In this document: positions 34,191 through 50,000 of the stretch, piece by piece
Layout of the letters: the number at the start of each line of letters is the position of its first letter
How positions within the stretch are numbered: position 1 is the stretch's first letter
Origin: Takakia lepidozioides
Lineage: Eukaryota; Plantae; Bryophyta
DNA length: 64,000 bases
Assembly: GCA_030704615.1 (NCBI GenBank)
Contig: CM060731.1
Span: forward strand, 74,710,001-74,774,000
Direction: 5' to 3'
The notes under the pieces: generated by a model
Seen by the model: only the letters and a program-made list of their open reading frames with translations
The model's database searches: none
Told to the model about the DNA's origin: nothing
Position numbers and translations under genes: made by a program

Positions 34191-35040
34191 CGATTCTCTT
34201 CACTTCATCAGCAGGTAGTGTACTGAAATTGAAGTGTTGAGATTTTGACTGCACGATGAACTAGACAAGGGTTTGTGCATAGCGAGAAAGAACTTGGCTT
34301 ATCTCGTTTTCTCATAGTGTGCATGATAATCTGCAACATCCTCAAGAGCTAGACCCACCAGAACAACAACCCATTATAGCATTTACTGTAAGAGGGCTCA
34401 TGTAAGAGGGCTCATGGAAACTCTTGTGTGATCATAACATTGTATGTTGATGTCTGATCTTGCCAACCCTAGTGAACCGCAATAAGAGTGTGCAACATGT
34501 GCTTCAATGGATTTGAACTCAGAACCTGCACCCACCATGCCCACTGAACTATTGTTTGGGGACGGAATTCCGGAAGCGAAGCTTGCGATCTTTGAATGCA
34601 TTTTCAAAATGGCAACGGTCAATATAGCCACCGCCCCTCTTCTTCTTTAAAGGGTTTGCCCACTTCTTCCCTCCAAATTTCCCATCACCTCTCTGCCTGC
34701 CTGCCTCCTGATGAGGTAGGAAATGGGTGAAACTGAATTCTTTGGGAGCCTTTCGCATAGCTTGAGGTGGGTCATGGACGTTGTGAACGGGGAAGATAAA
34801 GAGTCTCCAGCAAAGGGAAGCCCAACGGTCTGGGATTGGAGTACTTGACTAGGGAAAAGGAATTGTGTGTATGCTTGTGCGTGTTGATGTTCTAATGTGA
34901 GAGGTCCTCAGTCTGTTGCTTAGAGGTGAAGATCCACAGTTCACATTTTCAGTTTTGGAATGCATGGTAGTGAGGGTGGAGGCACTAGCTCTATCGCAAA
35001 AACTCTCAAAGAGAGTTGAGATAGAGAAGAAAGGAGAGGA

Positions 35041-38000
35041 ATGGGGAAAGGAGCGTCCCCGCTCCGTCTCCTCGTGCGAAATTCACCTAAGGGGCCAGCT
35101 CAGGAGCATGTTGGGGGAATTTCCAGCAATGGAGGGCGGGAATCGACACCTCCCCGCTTGCCAATGAGTTCCATTTCAGAGATCGCCTTCAATCAGCTGG
35201 CTTTGCAGGCTGACCTTCCAAGCGCTGATGATTTGACCCCTCAGGGAAAGAAGGACCCCTCAAACCCGAGAGGAAAGACAAAGAGCCATTCGTTGGGGCA
35301 ATGCTTGTTTCCACAGGGGGAGAATTTAGACTGCAACGAGGTTACGGCTGCTGGAACCCCTGGAAAGCAGATCCAGCATTCTTCAGCGATCACCCCTGTG
35401 AATGGAAAAAGCAAGAACACGTTGCTTCATCGGAGCGGGTTGGAAACCTATGGGGCAAACCGGTCTCCCTTAGTCTCCCGTGCTCTTAAGGATATCACTC
35501 CTACTGACAAAGCTGTGGAGGTAACGAATACCCCTCCCCGTAAACCGTCCGCAGCACTTGCTGAGGTCATTCGCCCAGCATCTGTCAATGCGGGGGCATC
35601 AGGGCAAGCAGGAGCCGGTAGGGCAGGTGGGGGTAGTGGGAGTGCTCATGGAACTCCACGAACACAACGCAGTGGAGGAGGATTGAAGCCAAACACGGAT
35701 GCAGAGACGGGGGCAGCTACGAGGAGCAACGCTAGTGAACATCCCACTCTGACACCAGTTAAGAATGTGACACGAGCTTTGAAATTTGGAGCATCCCCTG
35801 GGAATGTCGCATCAGGGACGGGTCTGTCAAGCACAAGGGCTACGGGAAGCAGCGCGCATGCAACAGGGTCGTTGAAGCAGGGGAGCCAGCACACCATGGA
35901 ACAATGTTTTGAGCTTGTCGAGGACCCGTCCTTCTGGAAAGAGCATAATGTTCAGGTGGGTGTCTCTTCCAATGCGCTCACACTCGATTTAACTTGGCTT
36001 CGTTTTCTGCCATTTTCCTCTCTTTTGCTTCTGTCTTTTTAGTCCCTAGGTTTTCCTTGCCCAGAAGTCGTCTACAATTTTGAACGAAACATGTCATGAA
36101 CCATAATCGGTCAAGACTTTGAAGCCTTTCGTCCTTTCGTCTATGCCAATTTGAGACATTTGGTGCAGAGGAGAGATGGATCCCCATTTTCACCTGATTA
36201 TGCATGTTGCACGGTCCTTCCATTTAGCTTTGTTCGTCATTTCTGGACAATTGGAGATGAGTATTCGCATCTCCAAGATTAAGGAACCGTGACAATCAAG
36301 GTGCTGCACCTTTGGGCAATGTGGTGGGATTTCTGATTTGGGGGCGTGGTGAGAGGGTCTCCGATCTGAACCAGCGATAGTCAAATATTTCGTTACAGAG
36401 TCCTGCTTGCAGACCCTCATGTGCGAGCGTAAGATTTGGCTGTGTTTGCACAGGTGATCATACGGACTCGACCGATCAGCAACTTGGAGATGGCGTCAGA
36501 AGGATTCAGCAGATGTTTGAAACACGAGAGTCCCCACACAATCACCTGGCTAGGTCAACCTGAGTCCCGCTTCACCTTTGACCATGTGGCTGGCGAAAGT
36601 GTGACACAGGTATGTGGTCGGGCAAGCAAATGTCTCTATTTGTATCCTGTGCAAGGTTGTGGTACTAGTCGAACTAGCATGTGACTTTGCAAAGTACTTC
36701 TAACCACAGATTCTTTCCGGGAGACTTTAGCAAACTGCTATTGAAGCCGAGGACTGTTTGTTTACAGGGTGGATTGTCTTTATATCATTCTGATGTGTCT
36801 AAGTTAAGTTAAATGAAAGTGCAGGAGAAGCTATTCAAAGTGGCGGGATTGCCCATGGTGGAGAACTGCATGGCTGGCTACAATAGTTGCATGTTTGCCT
36901 ATGGCCAGGTTAGTGAAGACATTTAACTCTTGTGCCACAATGAGACAACTATTTAGAGCATTCAAGGGAGGTGGTTGGGCTTGAGAGAAATGAAATGAAA
37001 TGGTACTTTATAATGTCCGCAAAGTCCCCATAAAGCTCATAGAGCTTATGGGACAAAATCTATGTGCGTAAGATTTGGTCTGAAGTCAAGAGGTTGTACC
37101 TACAGAAGCTGAAAAGGTTCTTTGCATGTTTCCACCATGATGAGGGGTGACAGACCGGAAGTGGCAAAACACACACAATGCTTGGAGACATCAACAATCT
37201 TGACAAACAACCCAACAACAACCAGGGCATGACCCCACGTGTGTTTGAGTACCTATTTGGAAGAATCCAAAAGGTATGGAAGAATATTTTATATTCAAGT
37301 TTGAGCCCAACAAAATTTAGGTTCAGGTTGGAGGTTCAACTAAATTTAGGTTCAAGAAATTAGTGGAGAACAGAAGACGAATGAGTTGGGTGCCTGTCGG
37401 TTGCTCTTTGGCAGGAAGAAGAACTGCGCAAGGAGGAGCAGTTAAAGTTTACTTGCAGGTGTTCATTTTTAGAAATATACAATGAGCAAATCACTGATTT
37501 GTTAGAGCCTTCCTCAACTAATTTGCAGGTACATGACCTCAATCCTCTTTAAAGTTACTAATCTGTGAAATTCTGAGCCTCCCGTGTGAGGGCTAATTCC
37601 TTCTTCTTATTCATCTTAAGTTTGAGTATTCTAACATACATTATTATCCCTCTGGATGCAGATGCGGGAGGATACCAGGAAGGGGGTCTATGTTGAGAAC
37701 TTGTCAGAGGTTGAGGTGCACTGTGTGCAAGATGTCATCCATCTTCTCATTCAGGTGCTTTGCTCTTATCCTGGAATCAAGTTAATGTGCAAACTATTAG
37801 TGAAGATGGCTGTGGGACTAGTGGAGGTTGGGGGCAAGGTATGACACAGACGTATGGTGTAGAAGCATGAACTGAAAGGAAGTCACGAGCACAAGTTCTT
37901 GTTTTCACCTGAAAAGATGAAAATCTTATATATTTGTACATATTTTGCTTACAGCCTGTGCAAGCTAAACTGAGAAAAATAAAGATTTTTGGTGTGTGAG

Positions 38001-41000
38001 TTGTATTACAGAGTGACAAAAGGGGCTTACTTTTCTGTTCTATATGGTGGCCTTATCAGGGAGCTGCAAACAGGAGAGTGGCAGCAACTAACATGAACAG
38101 AGAGAGCAGTCGCTCTCATAGTGTGTTCACTTGTATCACTGAAAGCAAGGTTCTGCTCTAGCTTGCACTCTCAAATGTTATTTGTCTAACTCTGAGAGAT
38201 CTTTGGTCCATATGCGCACTTATCATCTGCTGAGCTATGTTACACCCTTCCATTTTGCCAAGGTCTTAACATCTCTGTTATGCATATATGCAGTGGGAGA
38301 GCAACTCAATGACCAACATTCGATTTAGTCAACTTAATTTGGTAGACCTTGCAGGCTCAGAGAGGTAAGGAAGACAGTTCTGCAAGTCTTTACTTATCTG
38401 ATTCTGCCCTGAACATGTTGAACTATCACAATCAAAGGCCTTCTTTGTATCTGAAGCTGGCCTACATGGTGCTGATGAAATGTCAACAGACAAAAAGCTT
38501 CAGGTGCTGAGGGCGAGCGTCTGAAAGAAGCTGCTAGCATCAATAGGTCCCTGTCCACCCTGGGGTGAGCTAGCCTTACCTTGTACTTCAAAGCATTCAT
38601 TTACAGTGGGAGAGCAGATACTTGGAGTGACGGGAGGCAGAGAATCAAGTCTCCTTGTTTACATCAGTCTGCTGGTACTCCCATGCAGGCTGGTAATCAT
38701 GATCCTGGTTGACGTGGCTAATGGAAAGCAGCGCCATGTCCCCTATCGTGATTCCAAGCTCACCTTCCTCTTGCAGGTCATCTTTGGTTTCTCACACCTT
38801 TCGTTTGTTCATCTCCATTCTTGGCTGTTCGGTGTATGTACAGGACCAGTCTGATTTGTTCTGAGATTCCACTGTACAAAGTTTTGGAGTTGTCATTTGC
38901 TCTTGAAGTTTTCTGTTAAAATTTGCAACACTCCTCGCCTTTTCCTTTTGTGTCTCATCTCTCTGATGCATCCTTTAAAGGATATGTAGCACACTAATGA
39001 GAAGGGTGAATATTCAACATGCAGGATTCCCTTGGCGGCAATTCAAAGACAACCATGATTGCAACTGTTAGTCCTTCTAGCTGGTCTGTAGATCGTCTTA
39101 TGTTTCTCCACTTCGAAATTTCCTGAGCTGCATTGCTGCTAAATGAGAGGGTTGATTCTAGAAGCTGTCTCATCAAGTCTGCTTTGGTTCGAGATACCTG
39201 CCATGTTTGGAGCACTTTCAGAGGATGTCTAATATGGAAATATTGCTATGTTTCACTGCACCAATGTCAAGACAGCTTAAGAAAAGATGAATTTTACTTC
39301 TTGGCTTGGCAGCAATGCATTGGAGACATTGAGTACGCTGAAATTTGCTCAACGTGCTAAGCTCATCCACAATACAGTATGGTTTTTCAGACCCCTCCCT
39401 TTTTTCTAGCTATGATCAAATCTGCAAAACTGTGAGGCAGCTGTGAAGCTACCAACCTGACAGGTGTACTTGTTTGTTGTTGTCCTGTTGACAGGCTGTC
39501 ATTAATGAAGATGCTTCTGTAGATGTGAAAGCTCTGAGGCTGCAGATTCAACGAATGAAGGTATACCCTAGCCCTGGCGAGTTGATTCTCACCAGTTTCA
39601 TATGTTTTCTTCTTCAAATATATTTAATGGAGACTATCCTTATCAACCAACAGGAAGAGTTGGATCGCTTGCGTGAACAAAGCGCTCCAATGACACCAGG
39701 TGATTGCAACAACAGTGTGGAGTTGGGTCCACCTGATTGCTTTGGGACAGCACGTTGCTCATGCGACCCATACGAATCCAGTAGAGCTTTGGGAAGCCCA
39801 ACAATCTCCAACAAGCAGGTAACCTCAAGAAAATAATGCTTTGAAATGGGGCATATTTGGTGGTTGTCGGATGTGAGTTACTCAAACATTTAAAAATCAC
39901 TGAGAGCTCATTTTTATAGGAACTTGTACGGATATATTTCTTGCTACCTGGAAAAGCACTACTACAAAGTTGTTCTTCAGTTTTAAGCTTAAAGCATACT
40001 GTACATAAGCATGTAATCAAGTAGCAGGTGTTGAAGGATTTCAACAGTTTCCTTCTGATGGAGTTAGGTTTGGGGTTAGATGAGAGTTCTGGTGGCTGGA
40101 GCTTTGAGGCGAGAGAAGGCAGCTGATGCTGCTACCCAGAAATTGACTGCTGAGATTGAGCAGCTCAACCGTTTGGTGCGTACCTTCTCTATTGTTCATT
40201 CTCTTGTTTTTTATTGTTTTTCTTCATAAAGTACCATTTCATTGTTCTCTCTCAATAGAAGAACACTTCTTCTTCTATTGCCCTCTATACTATGAGATCC
40301 GTGGGAGATTCCACTGTCTATTCCACGGAACCCATTCTCTCACTGAAGTCTTCCACTGTGAGGATCAGAAATGCTTGGCAGTTTACCTGCACGAGGCCCT
40401 CACCCTTAGACAATCACTCAAACAATAGTTTTTTATTTCTGGCTCTGATTTTGTTTCCTCTCTCATGTTTTCTTCCACTTTGTCCCATAAGCTCTACGAG
40501 CTTTCCGCGGACGTTATAAAGCACCATTTCATTTCATTTCATTTCTCTTTCTTGTTTCTGTCCTCTTAAAGTTCCATTCCATTTCTTTTCTTTTGTCCCA
40601 TAAGCTCTTTGAGCTTTCTGCGTACATTATAAAGTAGCAGTTCATTTCTTTTCATGGACATTTCCTTTCCTTTCCTTTCCTTTGAATAGCTTTTGGGCTG
40701 GTTGTCAAGGGCCCCTTCTCTCTGTATTGTATTATCTTGTATCAAGGTGGACGTTATTAAGTTCCTCTCCTTTCCTTTCCTTTCCTTTCCCGAGTGTCTA
40801 CTTGTCTTCATTTTTGCATAAATGCAATGGCAGGAATAACAATGAGGGAAGGCTGATGAGAAATGGGAGAGCTTGCACAGCAAGGGCTAAAACTCCGTCA
40901 TCGCAGGTTCAACAGTATGAGGAAGATACAAAGACTCAGAAGATGATTCTGTCTCTCCGAGAAGACAAAATCCAAAGACTGGAGTCCCTTGCAGAAGGGC

Positions 41001-44000
41001 TGCTTTCAGTGGAGTCGAATTTGGCGGAAGAGAAGAAGGTCCTGGTGGAGGAACTGCGGCTTGTGCAGGGACAAATTGATGGCAAGCCTGAGCTTACGAA
41101 GTTTGCCATAGAAAACATGCGAATCCTGGGTGAACTACGCAGGTATAACACGAAACTCATAGTGAAGTGCTTGCTGACTGCCCGCTTGTTTGAATAGTGT
41201 TCATAAGATGTGGCTTCTGCCATCTTCGTTTTAAGAGAGATCATTGGATATTCTTGTCTGGAGCATTAGAATCCCAGTGATACTCGGTGCAACTGGCTTC
41301 TTGGGGAGAAGATAGCACATTGATGTTGTGGATAATGAATTGTAGATTTTGCAAAATTTTGTATTGAGGTTGACTTCAGTGACAAAGCATAATGCTTGCC
41401 TTATCATGAGTACATTTGCCGTTCTGAAGTCGTACTCATTTTTCCTGTGCAGCCTTCTAAATGTCTCATGACACAATCTTCAATGGCTCTTTAGCAACTT
41501 GACACTCACTAATAGCAGATAACAATCCTTTATATGTGGTATGTGGTATGTGTTTTTCTGTGCAGCCTTCAAGACTTCCATGATGGTGGAGAACGTGAGA
41601 TCATGGCAGAGGAGATTATAAATCTGCGGGATCAGGTAAACAAATTCAAGTACTGGATTTTAGAGAGGACACGGAGATTTTTGAAAGGAGTAAAGGGGCG
41701 TGTATCTGTGTGAGCGATACTATTGAACTGCAAACACTTCCATGCTAAAGAATTGGAATGTGTATTGTGTGGTGGGTGTTGCAAATACAGTTGTTGGAAG
41801 TGCTAGATGGCAAGATTGTGCTAGATCAAGGTCTTCTCCTGATGACCCCTCAGGTTCACTTCCATCACTTTCCCTATCAGATCATGTCCATGTATGTCTG
41901 GTTAGCTATGCTTGCTGTCACAAGAGGACTCTACCATACGGAACTTGCTTAATGACTCAAGGAAGGTTATTACCAATAAAATCTCATGGGTTTTGCAGAA
42001 TGAGAAGGCATCAGTGTCAGAGCTTGCTGCAGCAACCAAGGAGAAGAATGGGCTCCTACACATTGAGGTACGTGCCCTTTTGAAGTGATATAAGAGTAAT
42101 TTCTCATCAGGTTACACATCTATGATGTTTGTTGTTTTATCTCTGAAAGAATTACGAAGATGGCTACTTACACATCGCTAATGTTTGTTGTTTTTGTCTG
42201 AAAGAACTACCAAGATGCCTTCCAAGATAGTAATGTGTTTGTTGTGCATGTAGGCTGATAATTATGGGTCTGAATTGGAGGAATGCCGTTGTAATCTGAA
42301 AGCCTCCTGCAAGGCCAATGCAAATATGTTAAGGTATGATTCATGAAGGGAAACGGCCAGCAAAGAGGTTTTATTTCACATGTGCCCATTCACACTTCTT
42401 GGAGATCCTCACTGTGGTGTTCATTTGGCAGGCAAGTAGTTGAGCTGCAAGTCATGGTTGAGCAGCTTAAAGCAGAGACAGTTGGGCAGGAAAATCAGCT
42501 CAACAAGTTTAGGGTATGCATCTTCAGTTAAAACAAACTGTGATGTTTAAGTCTTCCAGTCTGTCTTGCAATAATCAACCAGTCTTGTTCAAGAATCAAT
42601 TTAATACCTGATGCACGTCTACTCATGGTCATTGAGAGATTACTCACTGTGATGGTTCTTGCTTGAGTGATTAGCTCTATACTCAAGCTAACACTATCTT
42701 CAACACACCACAACGTTGTTCTGGTGTGCTGATCAGGCAAGAGCGCGTGAGGTCCACAGATCGCATGCGCCCACAGTGATGCAGCTCAGTACCTTGGAAG
42801 CCGAACAGGCACAACACCTTAAAGTAATTGCAGACCTCAAGATACAGCTCCAACAGGTGCAGTCTCTTTACCTATAGTTGTGGCCCTGTGTTTCTCTGTA
42901 CGTTGGTAGTTTTAAGTCTTTCTGGTTTTTCTGGAGTATCCTCAGTTGTCACAATAATGTCTCTGATGAACATAGTCAGAGACAGGTGAAGAAATGAAGT
43001 ATAATGACAATTTATAATCATCTCAACCATAGCCTCACATAGTCAAAGTCTGTGGAAAGCTCAAAGATCTTACGGGACAAAAGAAAGCAAGAAGCAAGGA
43101 AAAAATGGCCCAAACAGAAGCCCAAAACCTAGTCTTTAACATGTAGCGATTCTCATGAAGATATGCCCGCCAGGCATCTTTCGTCCTCATAACGAAAAAA
43201 TCTGTCAGGGATTGGCTATCTCTAAAAGGCAAGCAATGGTAGCAGCTGTGGGTTTTGTAACAGAGTGTACAGTGAAAGGGGAAATGTTCCTTGGTCACCG
43301 GGCATAAACGTCGACCACAGTTTCACAGGAGGCTTGAGAGCTTATGGGAAGAGGAAATGGAATGAAATGGAATGAAATGGAAGTGAAATGAAATGAAATG
43401 GTGCTTTATAACGTCCGCGGAAAGCTCATAGAGAAATGGAAGAAAGAGAAGTGGAATGGAATGGTTCTTTATAACGTCTGCAGAAAGCCCTAAGAGCTTA
43501 TGGGACTAGAGAGAACAAGAGGGATGCCCTCCACAAGCAGCCCAAAAGCAACACAGAAGGACTGAGGAGGGAGAGGGGTGCATAGAATGCAGATGTAGTG
43601 AGCATTGCTTAACTCTGATTTGATTAAGGGGAAAGCAGAGTGAGGAGAGGGCAAAGCTGGAAGAAAACTTGTGTGGCAAGCTTGACAATCAATTGAAGGA
43701 AGCCCTGCAGGAGGCACATGACCTGCAGAAGGAGCTCCAGGTATGTCATGAATGACCCCATTTGCCTTAATATCCTCTCCAGATTTGGCTCCTCTACTAA
43801 GGTGGTTTTCTTTGGAAGTCCTTCATATGTACCTGTTTTGCTACTGTATTGGAAGGAGCAATTTGACAACAATAGCAGGCCTTGACCGTGTGTTAAAATA
43901 CAAATGGGCATATGTGCAACAGTGGAAAGATATCCAAGCAAAAACTGGGTGTTGATAAAGTAATTGAAGGTCTAAATTCTGCTTTCATTCTGATGTTGTC

Positions 44001-47000
44001 CTTGCTGTTGCAGGAAACAAAGGAGGCTTTAGGAACTGCAAATGTGCTTATCAAGAGACTGCAAAGCGCAGAAAAAATCCTGGCTGTTGAACAGGTGCTT
44101 CCATCTCTGTTATGAAGGCTGTTGTTGCTGTCTGTGAGAAGAGGGTGGGATTGTCATGTTGTTTAACATGCACGTCAATGTCCTACTAAACTCACTTGTT
44201 CCTATGTGATGCATAAGACTAGAGGAACTTGCTGTGCATCCAAGTTAATCTATGACTGGCATTCAAGAAGTGTTTACCCTGTGTCGTAGCAAGGTCAGTT
44301 TTGTCGATTGATGTCTAATGGACTGCTTCAGTGCAATGGAGGGGAGGGTGGGAGGTCAAAAGGAGGGACAAGTGGGACAGAGTCTTTCAGTCCTCAAACC
44401 AAGAGGTGGTATGCCAGCTAGCATGAAGGAAGTCAAGAGCATCCTATGTATGAAGGTCCCTAACATTGTTTGATAATTTGCCTCTGCATTCTTCAGGATT
44501 GTGAGATGAGGGGTCAGCTGGAAGAAGTTCACTCTCATATGGAAAAGCCTTCATCAAAGGAAGGCACAGAAGAAATTGGCCTAGGCAGCACCTTAGAAGA
44601 GAGGGAAGAGTGTCAAATCAGCAACCCCAGTACTGCAAAGGGAGGATCCCAAGAACCAGGGCAAAGGACTCAGGAAATTGAGCTGCGACATGCCGAGGAA
44701 GTGATGCAGTTGCATGTGATGCAGGAGTCTCTGGAGGCTGCTCTAGACGAAGAGCAAGGCCTCCAGAAAGAGTTGGAGAGAAATATGTCCACCCAGGGAC
44801 AGCAGGGATTATGTCAAACAATGATCTCTGATCATGGTGGAGAAGATATGCATGAAGATGATAGATTGGAGCAGATACAACTGGAGTTAGAGTCTATGCA
44901 AGACATCTTAAGTGAAGAACGGGCTCACCGAAAGGATCTGGAAGAAAGAAATGCTTGTCTCTCCAAACAATTGCAAGAATCAGTAACTGAAGATTCTTTC
45001 CAGGAAGAAAAGAGTGCATGCCTTAGCCACCAGCTGGCTGATGCGTTATGCAAACTTAACCATGAAAAAGCCATTGTGGAAGCCCTGGAAAGTCAGCAGC
45101 TTTTCTCCATTAGTGAGCTTGAGAGTTTGGAAGTGCAACATGACAAGCTGATTGCACGGTTGAAGAGGAGGGAGGAGAGGGACAATGTACTGAAAAAGAG
45201 AGTCAACCAGTTGGAATGGGAATTAATGAAGGAGAAAGAGCTCCGGGAGTTGGAGAGAGAATTGGAATTGAAAGTGGTGGAGGAAGAGGGAGGAGTACTG
45301 GTTGAAGTTGGAAGGTCTGCTCTGGAGGCAAAGTTGGAGAAAACGAAGATGGAGCTGGAGATGGCTCGGGGGTTGAATGTGAAGTTTCAGGGAGAGCAAA
45401 CTTTACAGAAGGCCATGGAGCAAGAAATGGATGTCTCACGCACTCAAGCAGAGACTGAAACTGTCCTTGCTATCACTTGCTTACAATCAGAGCTCCTGAA
45501 AATGAGAGATGAGGTTGATGCTGCTATCCAAGGGGAAGGAGCTGCTAAGGAACGACTGGCACAGCTGGCCATGGACCTTGAAAGTGCCAACTTGATGTTG
45601 CAGGATGTAGAGGAAGAGAGTTTGCAACTGAAAGCAAAGTATGAGGGATTGATGAAGGAGAGAGATGCCGATATCCAAGGTCTGCAGACCAACTGGGAGA
45701 CTGCAACAGCAAGGCTGATTGACTATCTTACTCAAGGGGATAATGCCAAGGAGATGGGAAACATAGTTGATCACTTGCTACCTCCGAAAATGGCTATTCA
45801 ACAGGGACAAGATCCAGAGATGGTCGCCCGGGGGGTTGAGAAAAGGAGAGCCATGGAGTTCCTTCAAAAGCAACTGCAGCAAGCCCCAGAGCTGCCAGGG
45901 GACACTGAGGGCAAAGTGCATGAGGCAATGGCAGCTGAAGCAAGGCCGGTGGCAGAGAGCAGGATGGAACTGGAGCTTGAGGAGAGTTTCACCAAGGTAC
46001 ATGATGGAGAGCACCTGCTTCTGGCCATGCAAAGTGAGCTTCACTGCGCACAGGACAAGCCAGAGGAGATGGAAGAAAAGCTTCATCTAATCCAACAAAA
46101 GGATCTGGAACAAAGACCTACAATGCTAAAATCATTTGAGGCCAGGACGGATTTGACAGATCAAGAGATGCTTACTACATCCATGCAAAAACAGTTTGAG
46201 CAAGAGTTGGAGAAGGTTGTGAGGATGGTGTCAGAGACCGAAAAGCAAAAGGATGAAGCAGAAGAGGAGTGGAGAAGGGAGAGAGTTCGACTGGTGGCAG
46301 AGAGGCAGGAGGCGAAGATGTATGCCAGCCAGAAAGATAGGGAGGCCACATCTTTGTTGAAGAGGTTTGAAGACAGTCAGGCAACACTGCGAGAGGCAGA
46401 GATGCTGATGAATGCCTTGGTACATGCCAATGAAAGTGCAAAGTTTGATGTTCGATGGTGGAAAATTGAAAATGAAAATCAACAGAAGGAAAAGAAAAAA
46501 ATATTACTCGAGACTATGAGAGTACTGGCCATGGTGAAGGAGGAGATTGATCTTACCATGGTTCAATGTGAGGCGGAGATAGGAAGCCTGGCTGCTGACT
46601 TTGAAATGCTGAGAGTGGAGATGAAGCAGGACTTACTTCAGATACCTGTTGCCGGCTATCGCCATGATTTGATGAACTTTGTTGGAGCTTGCAGAGATGA
46701 GTTAAACAAGGTCAAAGATGAAGCAGAAAAGAACATTTCTGATGTGACTGACAAGCTTAGAACTGTGGAAGGGCTGCTACAAGAAACTCTGCTTGATGTC
46801 TCAATGTTGCAGGCAGCACTGGATGCTGCTCAGGGTGCCTTGCAAAGCTCACAAGTAAAGGCACATGAGATGGAAGAAGTGATAAAGGCAGATGACAAGA
46901 CTCAGGCTTCAGTTGCCGAGTTGCTAGCTTCTATAGCAGAGAGGGATTCACATCTTTCAATCCTGCATTCACAGTTTGACCAGAGCCAGGAGCACCTTGT

Positions 47001-50000
47001 GGAGGTTGAGAAGACGCACCTTGAAACTGTGAGTCAGCTGGAGGCAGAACTTGCCAAGAACATTGAAGCACTGGGTTTGCTAAAGCAGGAGACAATCTGT
47101 AATAGCATTGCTGCTGCTCATGCCAAACAAGAGGCAAGTGAGATGAAAGAACATATTGTCCATCTGCAATCAAAGACTTCTATTTTGGAGGCAGAGTTGG
47201 AAGTGAAAGCAGATTCTGTCAATGCTTTGGAGGCAGAGCTGCTACTTGTAGAGCACAAAATGGAGTGCTCTCTTGAAAATGCAGCTAGAAATTTGAAAGG
47301 AGTGGAAATGGAAAGGGATACGTTTCATACAGCCCATGAGGTAAACTGTGTACTGTCCCTCTCATGCCATAAGCTCTTTCGGCTGTTATAAAACAGGAAA
47401 TCGAAATCAATCTTGGTTTACTGAGTTGTCTCCAATTGGCATATGTCAGGCTGCAGAAATATGTAAGATCCATGCTGAGGGAAGGGAGGAGGTGAGTTCA
47501 CTTGGAGTTTCAGTGGCCCATATTGCTCACAATCTTCAAGAAGCACTATCTGCCAAGAAAGACATGGAAAGGTTTGGACCTCGCCATGCACTCTCTTCAA
47601 CAATCAAGAAAACTGCAGCTATTCAATTTGGATTTACTTGAGGATCAAAAGAGACTGGTTGATGTTGCGGAAACTATTTTTCCTTTTGTTTGACCATCCA
47701 ACAATTGTCGGGAAAATCTTTTGGGAAGAAAGTATTTCTTGCATTGCTTTTGCTCTTTGATAAAGGACCAGCGAGGAGTGTAGATCACAGGAAAAGCAAG
47801 GCCGACAAGAAGGAAGAAGCGGCACAAGCCACAAGACTGTAGCTCTCTTGGGCTGTGTCCCTTGGGTTCCATTTAGTAGAGGTTATCCACACTAGAAGAA
47901 TCACTTGAAATAGGTGGATAATCACTTGAAGTGGAATGGGCTAATCGTCGCCTCTTACCACTCAGCTAAAGTTCTCTGCTCCTTCATGTGGGCCCTAGGG
48001 AACCTCAGAGTGGGTTCCCACATACTCTACATTGAGACAGGAAGATGGACAAGCAGTGTCAGAACATATGCCCACACAGGCAAAGTGAAGACAACATCAT
48101 CTATACTCCTGCCCTGCCTACTATGAGATCCAGGGCAGATATAGGTGCCTTGTTAGGGATTCCCCCACCTTGGCTGAGGCCTTCATCTATGAGATCTACG
48201 GTTTTTTCAAGACTATTCTTTCGGTCCCTTGGGTCCTCTGGGTGTAGACATCATATATTGTACTCATAAGACGTTGTTTGCCGTAGCCTTGTGGCCATTG
48301 ACCCCATGCCCAGTTTGAGCGGGAACAAAAGGGACAGAACCTACCTCTGTCAGGGGCTGACGTTGGTAGTAAGACTTACCTCCATATAAAGAATTAATCC
48401 GGGTTTTCCAGATATCCTCTAGAAATCCCTTCACACAAGCATCAATCTGCTGTGTGTGATTTGCCCAAAAACTAGGCCTCAGGAGGGCCTGGGCTTTTGG
48501 CTCAGCCTCGAGACTTTCAAAGTTGGTAAACAGGGGTACAGGCACAATTCCCTTAATAGATTTGAAGAGAGCGTCTCTTTGGTGAGAGAACCCCGGACAG
48601 TGTATCAGAAAATGAATACTGTCTTCAGATTGCCCACACAACGGGCAATTGCACTCTCCCTTTCCTCTCTGCTTCTGTTTGCTGTTCAAAGGTAGGCTTC
48701 CTGCCCTGAGTTTAAATTTCAGTCTAGTGCCGAGAGTGGGTAGACCCAAGATGTCCTCCCCCATGTCACAGACTGGAAACAAGTTCAGGGAAGTTTTCTG
48801 CCTAACTTCATTTTCATCAGACAATCTCATGGCAACAGACATCATATAGTACGTTACGGACGTTATAAAGTACCATTTCATTTCTCAATATAAAGCACCA
48901 TTTCATTTCAGTTCATTTCTCAATGTAGATTGCCTTCGTCATCTGGGTGGGTCAACAGAAGGGTTGAGGAGATGGGGATCGAAATGCTACAGATGCACAC
49001 GAGGCTGGAGAACCTCCAATATCAGTGTGAAGATAAAGATGTTCAGGTCTCCTTCTGCAAGCACAGAGCTGAGTTTGGGGACACATTTGATTTTCTGATT
49101 GTTCTTGATGTGATTTGCTTCTGGTGTCATGTATTCAGCCTTTCTCTTCCTCAGTGAGTCAGCTGCTTATGCAGATTCAAACTTCCAAGGCATGGATCTC
49201 AGACCTGACGCTTGCAGTAGAGAGGCAGGTGGCTGAATATCAGCAGAGGGTAATACACAACTCTCCTTCTCACAAGAAATATCTGCTTGTTTTTGTTTTG
49301 TTCCCTTTTTGCTCCAAAGCTGGTAATTCTTTGATATTCTTTAATTCACAACATCTATGAGGCTCAAAGCTGCAGGTTTCAGGAACTCCTGGTATGCTCG
49401 AGTGGACAGTTTATTTCAACGTAACGGACTTTCTACTGCTTTCCTATTACCAATGAACCCAGATGAGGTGGACATCACATCCAGACATGACCGCAACAGA
49501 CTGATTCGGAGAGAGCTTATGGAATTACATGTCAAGAGAACTTGGATGCTACCCAATCTCACGACAAAGCTCCACTTCTATCGAGAGACATTCTTGGTGC
49601 TCCGCGATGATAGAATCTTGAGACCAAATTAGCTTTCAGCACCCTTATCTCCTTCCCTCTTGAGGGCATTGGGGCGGTTCAGGGTGGGTTCCCACAACCT
49701 ACGGATAGAGACTGGCAGATGGGAAAACCTGCAACGGGAGGACCGCCTATGTCCAGCTTGCATAGGGCGCAGCAAGGAAATTGAAACTGATGAACACTTC
49801 TTCTTCTACTGCCCTCTATACTACGAGATCCGTGGGAGATTCCACTGTTTATTCAGTGGAACCCAAACTCTCACTGATGTCTTTCACTATGAGGATCAAA
49901 AATACTTGGCAGCCTACCTACACGAGGCCTTCACCCTTAGACAATCGCTAGAACATTAATTGTGGTTTCTGGATTTGTTCCTCTCTCATGTTTTCTTCCA

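Noticed and set aside
44618-47173. Antisense ORFs over the large kinesin exon
   Set aside because: Shadow frames of the coiled-coil coding sequence.
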